A DNA stretch of 64,000 nt. Origin: Escherichia phage vB_EcoM-UFV13. The notes below the pieces were generated by a model. That model made no database searches, was not told where the DNA came from, and was given only the letters and a program-made list of their open reading frames with translations. The stretch lies in sequence record NC_031103.1, one strand, 5' to 3'. Made by a program: the position numbers and the translations under genes. Below, piece after piece: positions 18,727 through 27,548 of this stretch (positions are counted from its first letter, which is position 1; every line of letters starts with the position of its first letter).

Positions 18727-19695
18727 TTATTTCAGAAGAGTAACCTCAGCAATTTCTTCCCAACCGTTTTTGTCGGTCATAATAAAGTCAGCAAGATAAA
18801 GTGCAGTACGCAGTGAAACATTGCGTAAACGATTAACATTGACTTTCATCCATGATAATGCTTTATAAGTTTCTTCATCAGAAAGACCGCGCTTTTGCAT
18901 CATGTCAGTTGAAAGAATAACATCTTCAACCCTGACCATAATTTCTTCATTAGTGTGAACACCCAAATCTAAATAAACTGAGCGGGACACTAATGCTTGT
19001 AAATGTGGAGCAAGTTTAGTACCACGGTCTAATTCGCGGTCAATGTCAACGTTTGTGATAAAAACAATCGTTCCTTTAAATTCAAACTCGCGCTCAATGC
19101 CTTTTTCTTCTAAGTAAGAAGATGCAGTGCTCCAGCAGACTTTACGGGTCTCTCCGGTGTCCAGAGCAGCTTTTAGAAGATTAAGAATGTCCATATCAGA
19201 GAAAACATCCACATCATCAATCAAAAGGACAGAATTCTCTTCACGATTATTCCAAAGCTGCTCATAAAGACCAATACCAGAGATTTTACCATTAATGCTT
19301 TTATACTCAATGTATCCAATATCATTTGCTTTATTTAAAGCTTTATCTAAAGAATACGTTTTACCAATACCTGCTGCACCAGAGATAATTAATGAACGAA
19401 TGTTTCCGTTAATAATACCATTCGTCATCATTCCCATAACATTAAATCTTTTATTAATGCGGGTTTTCATATCTTCATACGATTCTTTAACTTCTTCAAC
19501 TTTTACACCATCATATGAAATGTCTGATTTGTAAACCCAAACACCGCGACGTTTACCGTCAATTTCAACAAAAACTTTACCATCTCCTTGTGCATCTACC
19601 GGAGCATTATCTGGGAACCACTCACCTAAGAGTTCAAAAGTTCCAGAGATTTCTTTACCGAAGTAGATACCCTTATTGATAGTTACAGTTTTCAT
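18727..19695 (-). CDS. P-loop NTPase
   Basis: Start set at MKTVTINKG; Walker A GAAGIGKTYS and Walker B-like VLLIDDVD. Confidence 0.6.
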   Translation of the reverse strand: MKTVTINKGIYFGKEISGTFELLGEWFPDNAPVDAQGDGKVFVEIDGKRRGVWVYKSDISYDGVKVEEVKESYEDMKTRINKRFNVMGMMTNGIINGNIRSLIISGAAGIGKTYSLDKALNKANDIGYIEYKSINGKISGIGLYEQLWNNREENSVLLIDDVDVFSDMDILNLLKAALDTGETRKVCWSTASSYLEEKGIEREFEFKGTIVFITNVDIDRELDRGTKLAPHLQALVSRSVYLDLGVHTNEEIMVRVEDVILSTDMMQKRGLSDEETYKALSWMKVNVNRLRNVSLRTALYLADFIMTDKNGWEEIAEVTLLK

Positions 19696-19728
19696 TTTAT
19701 TCTCCAAATCCGTATCAGTTGATAGTTG

Positions 19729-19762
19729 TATAGTACCATAAAGCTTTATGCTTGTAAACTGT
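19729..19762 (-). promoter_or_regulatory. T4-type early promoter
   Basis: GTTTAC ... TGGTACTATAC on the minus strand, same cassette as at 18289 and 36064. Confidence 0.65.
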
Positions 19763-19779
19763 TTTGTGAAAAAATTTTT

Positions 19780-19808
19780 GAAATAAAAAAGGGAGCCCGA
19801 AGGCTCCC
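19780..19808 (-). terminator. Strong hairpin terminator
   Basis: GGGAGCC-TTCG-GGCTCCC hairpin followed by UUUUUUAUUU on the transcript, just 3' of the stop at 19811. Confidence 0.7.
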
Positions 19809-19810
19809 TA

Positions 19811-20824
19811 TCATTTATAATAACTTCGGTGGTTTTCAAGATAAACCCTCTCAAGGAAGTCATCCCAGAAACCCATGTCTACTTTTTGCTGCATACCGTT
19901 CTTAGAAGCTTCAGTAGATGCTGCTTCTACTTGATCGACCACATCTTCCAAAAACTCTTGAACCGTTTTAAATGGATGTTTACCCAACTTCACGTCGAGA
20001 ATAAATGGAGCGTCTTGAAGTGGATAAACCAAGTCACCAGTTTTGTAAATTTCCAATAGTTGGAGTCCACCACGGCAAGCATGACTCAGAGCTTTCCAGT
20101 CAATACCTTCATTGGCTTCGGCCTTACGAGCACGTTCACCATATTCAGCATCTAATTTGTTCAGTGACTGCTTAAGCTCAATAAGAGAAAGCGTTGTCTG
20201 ATATTTACGACCCAACACAGTGTAGAACGTTTGTGGGCCTGTTTTCTCATGATTATGGAACACCCATTCACAGAATTCGTTTTCTGGAAGACGATGCTTA
20301 ATATCTTCAACTTTAGTACGACGCTGCTTAATAGAACCATCTTCTTGGTAATCAACCCATTGCTCGGGGATTTGATTAACTACTTTCAATACATCACGTA
20401 ATGCAGCCAAACGAGAACCCTTGACACCGTATTTAGAAGCTTGCTTGCGGACATATCCTAAATATGATTTCATGTTAGTCGTATAAAAACGAGAACGGTT
20501 GTCTTGAATAAACTTCCACACATCAGGCAAATCAGATTTAACCACTAGCTCAGGTGGAGTGTGAAGCATATCCAACGCTACAGTTTCACCATCTGCTGCC
20601 AATTTAAAGAAATATTTAAGACTGTATAGTTCATGGTCAATATCATCTTTAGTGTTTTTAGATGATGTATTGTTAGTGTTTTTACTCATATGCTCTTTAA
20701 CATTTCCGATAAGAATATCGCGAGCAGGAGGAACAAAGATTTCTTTAAAATCTACATCAGATTCTGGAGTAGAAGTTCCATAAAGATGACTACCAAAATA
20801 GCTTTTCATTACTGTTTTCATCAT
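19811..20824 (-). CDS. Nucleotidyltransferase, pol-beta-like
   Basis: 337 aa; signature GSHLYGTSTPESDVD (GS, ten residues, DxD) near the N-terminus. Confidence 0.55.
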   Translation of the reverse strand: MMKTVMKSYFGSHLYGTSTPESDVDFKEIFVPPARDILIGNVKEHMSKNTNNTSSKNTKDDIDHELYSLKYFFKLAADGETVALDMLHTPPELVVKSDLPDVWKFIQDNRSRFYTTNMKSYLGYVRKQASKYGVKGSRLAALRDVLKVVNQIPEQWVDYQEDGSIKQRRTKVEDIKHRLPENEFCEWVFHNHEKTGPQTFYTVLGRKYQTTLSLIELKQSLNKLDAEYGERARKAEANEGIDWKALSHACRGGLQLLEIYKTGDLVYPLQDAPFILDVKLGKHPFKTVQEFLEDVVDQVEAASTEASKNGMQQKVDMGFWDDFLERVYLENHRSYYK

Positions 20825-21282
20825 TCAGCCTTATATTCAATAACAGGACATACTTTAGCTTTACGGGCTTTTAAAAATTCGACGATAATAGATTTCTTGG
20901 GTTGAATAGGAGGTAAACCTTTATACGCCCTATCAATATTTTCTACATGTAAAGCATAATCCTTTTTCCATTTATAATCTTTATATTTTTCATGCAGTTG
21001 TGCAGGAATAACAAATGAACCAATAATAAGTAAAACAAGCAAAATGGCAAGTATAAATGCTGATGGAATAAGAGTCCATAAACTACCAAAAATAAGCCAT
21101 TTCTGCATGATTTCTGCGCAGATAATAGTTAGACCTGCGAGTATAGTACATCCGAAAAAAGAAACGAAAAATGTAGGAATAACAACAGACCAAAAATATG
21201 CACACAGTGTCTTAGGTCGTTTCCATTCATCATTAAACATTTTGAATAATTTATAGTGCCAAGAGTTTTCATTAATAATCAT
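20821..21282 (-). CDS. Membrane protein (about three TM helices)
   Basis: 153 aa; hydrophobic segments VVIPTFFVSFFGCTILAGLTIICA and LIPSAFILAILLVLLIIGSFVI. Confidence 0.5.
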   Translation of the reverse strand: MIINENSWHYKLFKMFNDEWKRPKTLCAYFWSVVIPTFFVSFFGCTILAGLTIICAEIMQKWLIFGSLWTLIPSAFILAILLVLLIIGSFVIPAQLHEKYKDYKWKKDYALHVENIDRAYKGLPPIQPKKSIIVEFLKARKAKVCPVIEYKAE

Positions 21283-21284
21283 AA

Positions 21285-21806
21285 TTATCCTTTCATTGAA
21301 GGTGTAACAGTTGTTAAATACTTAATCATAGCTTCAGCTTCTGATTTTGATAATGAAATTTCTCCATTGTTTTGACGAATAGAAATAAAATCCGGATGAC
21401 GGTCACCACCAGCTTTTAAAATACACATATAAGTATCAGTTTCATCTTCAATATCTGAAATGATTGAAGCAGTTCCGCATGAATGTGGTTTTTGATAAAT
21501 CAATGCAGCTTTTCTTCCACCGTTTGACTGTTCATAAACTTTTAACACATCAAACAAATCACTTCTTTTATCAATAGCTAAGATGTTGTTTTCATCTTCA
21601 ATGTTAAATCCTTCGGATACTTCATAAAGTGTCACCCATAAATCACCGATGTCAATAACAGCATTTCCTTTTCCACGACTTTCAAGAATATGACAAATTT
21701 TCTTGATTTCGTCATAACTCATTTTAATAATATCATCTCCTTGAATAAGGAAGATGTCATTTTTAAATTTAACGCGAATTAAACCACTTCCACTTGAAAT
21801 AAACAT
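21285..21806 (-). CDS. Hypothetical protein, tandem paralog A
   Basis: 173 aa; C-terminal motif EAEAMIKYLTTVTPSM resembles its neighbour. Confidence 0.5.
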   Translation of the reverse strand: MFISSGSGLIRVKFKNDIFLIQGDDIIKMSYDEIKKICHILESRGKGNAVIDIGDLWVTLYEVSEGFNIEDENNILAIDKRSDLFDVLKVYEQSNGGRKAALIYQKPHSCGTASIISDIEDETDTYMCILKAGGDRHPDFISIRQNNGEISLSKSEAEAMIKYLTTVTPSMKG

Positions 21807-21812
21807 ATTTCC

Positions 21813-22370
21813 TCACTTTGAAATCATAGTTGGAATGACAGAATCAAGATAAGTCTTTAGCGCAATGGCTTCGTCTTTGGTAAATGTGACAATATGTGAT
21901 CGAAAATCGTCAATTTGGCGAATAGTTAAGACATCTCCCTCTTCATAACATTTTGATACATTTAAAAGAGTTTCATCATTCTGATTGCAATCGTTAGTAA
22001 TAATAGCATTGCAATTTTTGAGCCATTTTAAACTATGTTTTCTTTCATTAGAATAATAAAAATATTTAATCTTAGCTATAAAACTATCCCAATGAATAAC
22101 TGATAAACACATTGACTCACTTTTAATATTAAATCCTGGGCATGAAGAATAAAAATGAATTTTGTGCTCATCATTGATGCTTACTATTTTATCAGTATAA
22201 GGATATTCAATTTGGGTTAAATGAATGATTTCACTAGGCGTAAAATACAGCATATCGTCTTCTTGCGTCAAACGATACATGTTATTTACTTTTTCTATAG
22301 CCAATTCACCAAAAAGCGGACTAACTTCTAATACTAATCGTTTCATATTGATTCTCTTCGACTCACTCAT
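21813..22370 (-). CDS. Hypothetical protein, tandem paralog B
   Basis: 185 aa; C-terminal motif DEAIALKTYLDSVIPTM; early promoter upstream. Confidence 0.5.
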   Translation of the reverse strand: MSESKRINMKRLVLEVSPLFGELAIEKVNNMYRLTQEDDMLYFTPSEIIHLTQIEYPYTDKIVSINDEHKIHFYSSCPGFNIKSESMCLSVIHWDSFIAKIKYFYYSNERKHSLKWLKNCNAIITNDCNQNDETLLNVSKCYEEGDVLTIRQIDDFRSHIVTFTKDEAIALKTYLDSVIPTMISK

Positions 22371-22503
22371 AATTACATACTCCTTTGAATAATATCAATA
22401 ATGTTGTTCACCAGATTATAAGTAAACATCGGGTGATAATATTGAATCATCACATACACAACAAACAAAATTTTCATTCTCTTCTCCTTGGCAGTTGACA
22501 AGA

Positions 22504-22537
22504 TTACTATACCATAACCTTGCCAACTTGTAAACCA
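22504..22537 (-). promoter_or_regulatory. T4-type early promoter
   Basis: GTTTAC, 18-nt spacer, TGGTATAGT on the minus strand in a 330-bp gap. Confidence 0.6.
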
Positions 22538-22700
22538 TTAAATGACGTTTTCAATAAAATTCTGAAGCTTTGTGTGAGCATCAACCATGATTTTCATTTC
22601 TTCCTTTGCGAAAGCTGTACCTCTTTCTCGAGCAGAATACTCATAGTCAGAAACTGCATTAGCATATTCTTCAATTAGCTTCATTAAAAACATCTGCTTT

Positions 22701-22895
22701 TCAGTTTTCATTATTCCACCTAATCATTTCAAGATATTGAACTAACTTAGCTTTGGATTTATCCAAATCCTTTTTAGCTGCTTCTATGGCATCGTACGAA
22801 TATCCTTCACAATGCTCAACTGCCAATTGGTATGAATCTATTTCAATATCACGTGCTAATTTAATGATCTTTTCAAACTGTTCACGTGTTAGCAT
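22701..22895 (-). CDS. Hypothetical small protein
   Basis: 64-aa ORF. Confidence 0.45.
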   Translation of the reverse strand: MLTREQFEKIIKLARDIEIDSYQLAVEHCEGYSYDAIEAAKKDLDKSKAKLVQYLEMIRWNNEN

Positions 22896-22897
22896 AC

Positions 22898-23101
22898 TTA
22901 AACTCTCGTATTATGATCGATAATTTCATCAAGAAACATATCTAAAGCTTCTACAGCATTATCAACTTTAGCTTCAAGTTCTTCAGCGCCTTTATTTGCA
23001 ATGCCTGCCGAAAACCAAGCAAAGTCACTAAGTTCCTCGTCTGCTTTGCGAATTAAAGCTACCAATTCTTTAATTTTATCTGCTTGTTCGATACTAATCA
23101 T
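22898..23101 (-). CDS. Hypothetical small acidic protein
   Basis: Start at MISIEQADK with SD GGTGGAATAATG. Confidence 0.45.
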   Translation of the reverse strand: MISIEQADKIKELVALIRKADEELSDFAWFSAGIANKGAEELEAKVDNAVEALDMFLDEIIDHNTRV

Positions 23102-23289
23102 TATTCCACCACATATGAAAGAGAGAATATTGCACACGCCATGTGAGTTGCAACTTCATCACACATATTATAACGTTTCTTAAGAAGTTCTACCAGTTCT
23201 TCACTAGTAACTTCATCCATGTCGACGAAAAAATCACCATTGATGATGACGTAGATATTTCCTTCTTGATTGAGTGCTTCAATTTTCAT
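23101..23289 (-). CDS. Hypothetical small protein
   Basis: Start at [10 protein letters not shown] with SD AGGAGAACATC downstream of an early promoter. Confidence 0.45.
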
Positions 23290-23314
23290 GATGTTCTCCT
23301 CTTTATCCGATAGT

Positions 23315-23349
23315 TGTATAGTATCACAGCCCAAACGGAAAGTAAACCG
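23315..23349 (-). promoter_or_regulatory. T4-type early promoter
   Basis: GTTTAC, 15-nt spacer, TGATACTAT on the minus strand. Confidence 0.6.
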
Positions 23350-23351
23350 GT

Positions 23352-23379
23352 AAAATGAAAAAAGTCTCCCGAAGGAGAC
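23352..23379 (-). terminator. Hairpin terminator
   Basis: GTCTCC-TTCG-GGAGAC hairpin then UUUUUUCAUUUU on the transcript; abuts the early promoter. Confidence 0.65.
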
Positions 23380-23384
23380 TAATG

Positions 23385-23771
23385 TTATTCGAGGGAAAGA
23401 AGATACTTACTCTGGTAAAACATCCCAGTAATATCATCTATCGTGCTTTGAATGGCTGGAGGCATTTCTTTATAAATGCTGTTAGATTGGTCTAGTATGC
23501 GATCAATCATTTTAATTGTGTCGGTAGGAAGTTTACTGGCATCTGGAATTGAAGGTGTGTATTTTCTACCAGAATACCCCAAATATTGCTCACCAAATTT
23601 ATCAATCAAATCTGGCAACTCGGAAAAAATAAAATCGTATGCTTTGTGTCTAGCATAACTTTTAGTTTCAAAATGTGCAGAATGAAAATAAGCTTGTGCA
23701 GCCATTAATAAACCTAAGTATTCATCTGCCTTTGAAGGTTTTCCACTTTGTGAAAAGTCGCTGAATTTCAT
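23385..23771 (-). CDS. Hypothetical protein (rI.-1 position)
   Basis: 128-aa ORF immediately downstream of rI. Confidence 0.5.
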
Positions 23772-24061
23772 TCAGTCTCCAATTTAATGTTCATAATTCT
23801 AGCGTATGATTGTGCCATCTCCGCGCCTCGCTCTATACATTCAAAATCAGAAGAGCACGGGTCATTTTTATAGGTCGTTCTCATAAAACTATAGAACTGT
23901 TCAGATGATTCTACGCTTTTATTTTCAAAAAGCATATAAACATGTCTAATACCAGATTCCATAAATTTATCAAAATGAGGATCGACATTCGCTTCAATTG
24001 GTGGAGATAAAACAAATGACAATCCTAGCATGGCAAAAAGTGCCGTTGCTTTTAAGGCCAT
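23768..24061 (-). CDS. rI: Lysis inhibition regulator rI (signal-anchored)
   Basis: 97 aa; N-terminus MALKATALFAMLGLSFVLSP and the rest match T4 RI as I recall it. Confidence 0.85.
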   Translation of the reverse strand: MALKATALFAMLGLSFVLSPPIEANVDPHFDKFMESGIRHVYMLFENKSVESSEQFYSFMRTTYKNDPCSSDFECIERGAEMAQSYARIMNIKLETE

Positions 24062-24073
24062 AAAGGCCTCCTA

Positions 24074-24286
24074 TCATTTTTGTCCTGTATTTACTTTATG
24101 CCGATGCACGGCCTTAACTTTATCAAGGTATTTTTCAAAATTTCGCAATCTAGTATAGTCTGCCGGAGATTGGTTGAGTGATACTTCTCGACGCAAAGCT
24201 GAAATGATATTTCCAACTTCCCTACGAATTTCATCTAATTGAAGCACAGTAAGATTGCGAAGTTGCTTTTCAGTTAATTGTAGCAT
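24074..24286 (-). CDS. Hypothetical protein (rI.1 position)
   Basis: 70-aa ORF between tk and rI. Confidence 0.5.
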
Positions 24287-24328
24287 ATATACCCCTTTAG
24301 TTAGATAAATCTATTTATAACTTTTGCA

Positions 24329-24910
24329 CTAACCGAGCTTTTTAGTTAATTCATTCCAATGTTTTCTACACAAAGAAACATAAATTTCATCACCAATACA
24401 GATTTGATTGCCTTCTTTAACTGGTGTTCCATCTTCCATCAATCGAGCTGTCATAATCGCTTTTTTGCCGCAATGACAAACTGCCTTTAGTTCAATAAGT
24501 TTATCTGCAATCGCTAAAAGTTCTTTAGAACCTTCAAACAATTTTCCAGCGAAATCAGTCCTTAACCCATAAGCCATAACAGGAACATTATATGTATCAA
24601 CAATTCGACTCAATTGATGCACTTGTTCAGTTTTTAAAAACTGGGCTTCATCTACAAATACGCAATGAATATCTTTTTGTGCTTCAGCCCATTTATAGAA
24701 CTCGAAAATATCCATATCATCTGTAATAATATTCGCTTCCTGTTTAATTCCAATGCGAGAAACAACTTCACAGACAGAATCACGAGTATCAATAGCAGGC
24801 TTAAGAACTAATACACTCATTCCACGTTCTTTATAATTATGTGCAGCAGTCAAAAGAGAAGCAGATTTTCCAGCATTCATTGCTGCATAAGTAAAAATTA
24901 AACTCGCCAT
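24329..24910 (-). CDS. tk: Thymidine kinase
   Basis: 193 aa; P-loop AAMNAGKS and C-terminal zinc motif CHCGKKA...C; same length as T4 Tk. Confidence 0.9.
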   Translation of the reverse strand: MASLIFTYAAMNAGKSASLLTAAHNYKERGMSVLVLKPAIDTRDSVCEVVSRIGIKQEANIITDDMDIFEFYKWAEAQKDIHCVFVDEAQFLKTEQVHQLSRIVDTYNVPVMAYGLRTDFAGKLFEGSKELLAIADKLIELKAVCHCGKKAIMTARLMEDGTPVKEGNQICIGDEIYVSLCRKHWNELTKKLG

Positions 24911-24919
24911 ATCACCTTC

Positions 24920-25105
24920 TTAAAGCGTATTCACATAAGCTATTAATTCATTTTCTTTCTTATCAAACCGATCAGCAAATTCTTCCTGCTGTTCGGGAGA
25001 TAGCGGGCCGTATTCATTATAAAAGGTGTTTGCTTCTGTATGCTCATCTAGAAGTTCATGGATAAGCTCAAAAAATTTATCTTTTTGTTCTTTGCTTAGA
25101 CTCAT
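24920..25105 (-). CDS. Hypothetical small acidic protein
   Basis: 61-aa ORF just upstream of tk. Confidence 0.45.
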   Translation of the reverse strand: MSLSKEQKDKFFELIHELLDEHTEANTFYNEYGPLSPEQQEEFADRFDKKENELIAYVNTL

Positions 25106-25271
25106 ATATTAATTTCCAGGAGTTTTAAAATAATTCGCTTTTGCTTAAATATTTCCATAGTTAAATGACCAGTATCTTTTTGACCGATTCCAATGGCAAA
25201 ACCTTTATTAACAGCGAGTTCAATTAAATTATCAAGCTCACGTAACACTTCGTATTGTAACTCAAAACTAT

Positions 25272-25499
25272 TCATTTTGGTTTACCTTCTTTAACGAAAT
25301 CAGGATAAGGGTAAAATCCTGAATAAAATCCTTCACCTTTATGATTGATGCATCCTTTATTAGAACAATAGCACCAATAATCGAAATCACAAGCCATTTC
25401 ATCGTTGCATAAAGCAAAAACAACCGGCCACTTACACTTTTCACAGTGGGCATTTTTAAGAATACTAGTTTGGCTCATAACCATGTAACCTTTAAGCAA
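25272..25499 (-). CDS. Cys-rich small protein
   Basis: 75 aa with CEKC...C..C and C.C...C.NH, a zinc-binding-like pattern. Confidence 0.45.
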   Translation of the reverse strand: MLKGYMVMSQTSILKNAHCEKCKWPVVFALCNDEMACDFDYWCYCSNKGCINHKGEGFYSGFYPYPDFVKEGKPK

Positions 25500-25687
25500 T
25501 ATTCTTCTACATGTTGTTTACGACCTTTCTTATCAATAAAGGTATATTCAACGAATGTTCCAATGTAGTCTTTATCTACATCATGTGGACTATTAATTGG
25601 ACATTTAGTACGGCAAATGCGTTCCCATTGACGAATAATTTCCACTTTGTTTTTAGGATCAAACGGATGTGGGTAATGTACTTTCAT
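25475..25687 (-). CDS. Hypothetical small protein
   Basis: 70-aa ORF overlapping its neighbours at both ends. Confidence 0.4.
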   Translation of the reverse strand: MKVHYPHPFDPKNKVEIIRQWERICRTKCPINSPHDVDKDYIGTFVEYTFIDKKGRKQHVEEYCLKVTWL

Positions 25688-26138
25688 AATCCACCACTAT
25701 TAAATCAATATCAGGAGTAAACATGTCGATTAATTTAGAAACCTTATCCCAATCGCCGCCAGCAATACCACAACCTATGCGTGGAATGTAAATTACTGGT
25801 TTAAACAAAAGGGTTTCTGCCTGTAGATTTAATTCTATCATGCAGTTTACTAAAGCACCATAATCAAGATTAGGACCTGGTTCGTATTGCGTATACAAGT
25901 TATAACATATGCCAAAACCATTAGGTTTATGTTTAAAAACAATAGACATATCACCGAGTTTTTCACGCGAACCATATTCAGTTGTGGTTTTATCTATTTC
26001 TAAAATTTTGGGATAGGCTCTTGCTAATTGACCCGCTACACCTGAACCCATAGTATGAAAACAGTTACACCCGTGCGCAATAATATTACCTTNAAGAAAN
26101 AGGGCGACAATATCGCCCTTGATATATTTTACAATCAT
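25659..26138 (-). CDS. Macro-domain protein, TARG1/DarG-like (putative ADP-ribose glycohydrolase)
   Basis: 159 aa; motifs GDIV...NIIAHGCNC.HTMGSGVAGQ and IPRIGCGIAGGDWDKV resemble the TARG1/C6orf130 macro family; two N bases in the gene. Confidence 0.6.
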   Translation of the reverse strand: MIVKYIKGDIVAXFLXGNIIAHGCNCFHTMGSGVAGQLARAYPKILEIDKTTTEYGSREKLGDMSIVFKHKPNGFGICYNLYTQYEPGPNLDYGALVNCMIELNLQAETLLFKPVIYIPRIGCGIAGGDWDKVSKLIDMFTPDIDLIVVDYESTLPTSV

Positions 26139-26482
26139 CTAGTACTCAATCCTCGATTATAAGAATCTACTAAACGGTCAACCATTGAATGACAAGCGGC
26201 TTTATCTTTCTCCTCCGCAACTGAACATTCTAAGGTATTCCACTTTTTAGCATATCGTTTTAATAATGTATCGTTTTTGTATCTGCTTGATTTATCTCTT
26301 TCTCCGTCTTTATATGCATATATTAATTTCTGTGCAAATTCAGCTTGGCATGCTTTATTTTTCCCACAATAATCTGCCGCAGTGCGGTTTACATATTCTC
26401 TAATTTCAGTATATGATGTATCTGCTGACGCAGAAGCAGAAAATGAAATTAATCCTATACATAAAACCAAAATTTTAGTCAT
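26135..26482 (-). CDS. Small secreted protein
   Basis: 115 aa with N-terminal signal peptide MTKILVLCIGLISFSASASA. Confidence 0.5.
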   Translation of the reverse strand: MTKILVLCIGLISFSASASADTSYTEIREYVNRTAADYCGKNKACQAEFAQKLIYAYKDGERDKSSRYKNDTLLKRYAKKWNTLECSVAEEKDKAACHSMVDRLVDSYNRGLSTR

Positions 26483-27020
26483 TTACTATTTCCAAAAGTT
26501 TATTATTTTTAAGGTAATTAGCCTTTTCTAGGACTTCAGAAGCATATTTAGAACCAGCTTTAACATTCCATCCCGAATTATAAGAGGATATTGCTTTTCT
26601 TATATCGCCCTTATGTATATTTAACCAATAAGAAAGTTCAATGTACGCCCATGAAGCTGAATTGGATCGTTTATTCAACATTCTTTTTATTTCAGCATCG
26701 GTCATATTATAACCAAGTTCCTTAACTCTTGCTCGCATAGTAGGCAAATAATTTTGGAACATTCCATAGGCGTGATGCTTTGGTTTAGATTTTAAATTAA
26801 CTCCGCCAGAGCTTTCTTGCCATAAAATAGCAGCCATTATATGACCTAATCCGCTCTTATGGATATTTTTGTGTGTTTTATATTTTCCATCCTTAGAAAA
26901 TTGTTCCCCGAATTGATACGCGTAACGCATGTTATCGAGTTGGACATTACTGAAAGTATGCTCGGAGCTATGTGCCATCATTGAAATGGCCAATAGACCA
27001 GCGAGTAGTGCTTTTCTCAT
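26475..27020 (-). CDS. Secreted lytic transglycosylase-like protein
   Basis: 181 aa; signal peptide plus SLT-like catalytic motif ILWQESSGG. Confidence 0.6.
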   Translation of the reverse strand: MRKALLAGLLAISMMAHSSEHTFSNVQLDNMRYAYQFGEQFSKDGKYKTHKNIHKSGLGHIMAAILWQESSGGVNLKSKPKHHAYGMFQNYLPTMRARVKELGYNMTDAEIKRMLNKRSNSASWAYIELSYWLNIHKGDIRKAISSYNSGWNVKAGSKYASEVLEKANYLKNNKLLEIVND

Positions 27021-27027
27021 GCTTACC

Positions 27028-27489
27028 TCATTGAGTTTTAATTACTGCTTTAGAAGCCTTTCCTGGTAAACGACGACTGTTAATAATTGCCATCCTGCAT
27101 TGAAGCGACGGGTCTTTGAACTTCGCATTAGGTTTACAAACTGTAAATCCAAGCCAAAGATTTCCATCTGTGATTTCTAAACGTCCAGGACGATATTCAA
27201 CCCCATCAATAAAATCCTCGTCAATGTCAGGACGCGGAGGCATACTTAGGAATTCATTAACTTCTAAAACATGGTCTTTTATTTTATGGAATAATTCAAA
27301 AACGTATGTCTCATCAATCTCCCGTTGAATTGCGCGATCAAGAAGATGTTGAGAATATTTTAGATGAAACGATGAGACCCCTGCTGCTTTTGATGCCTCA
27401 CGAATCTCATTGTTAATTTGACGAAACTCCGACTCAAAGTGACGACGAAGCTTATTTCGACGGATAAAAACTTCTGTGTTGATAGTCAT
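27028..27489 (-). CDS. regB: Endoribonuclease RegB
   Basis: 153 aa, same length as T4 RegB, in the expected position with an early promoter upstream. Confidence 0.8.
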   Translation of the reverse strand: MTINTEVFIRRNKLRRHFESEFRQINNEIREASKAAGVSSFHLKYSQHLLDRAIQREIDETYVFELFHKIKDHVLEVNEFLSMPPRPDIDEDFIDGVEYRPGRLEITDGNLWLGFTVCKPNAKFKDPSLQCRMAIINSRRLPGKASKAVIKTQ

Positions 27490-27515
27490 GTTATTCTCCT
27501 CTTAACTGATAGAAA

Positions 27516-27548
27516 AATTATACCACAGTCAAGAGGAAAAGTAAACAG
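27516..27548 (-). promoter_or_regulatory. T4-type early promoter
   Basis: GTTTAC, 13-nt spacer, TGTGGTATAAT on the minus strand upstream of regB. Confidence 0.7.

Noticed and set aside
26135-26482. Assignment of the 115-aa ORF as vs (valyl-tRNA synthetase modifier) on positional grounds
   Set aside because: The protein has a clear N-terminal signal peptide, which does not fit a cytoplasmic synthetase-binding factor; left unnamed.
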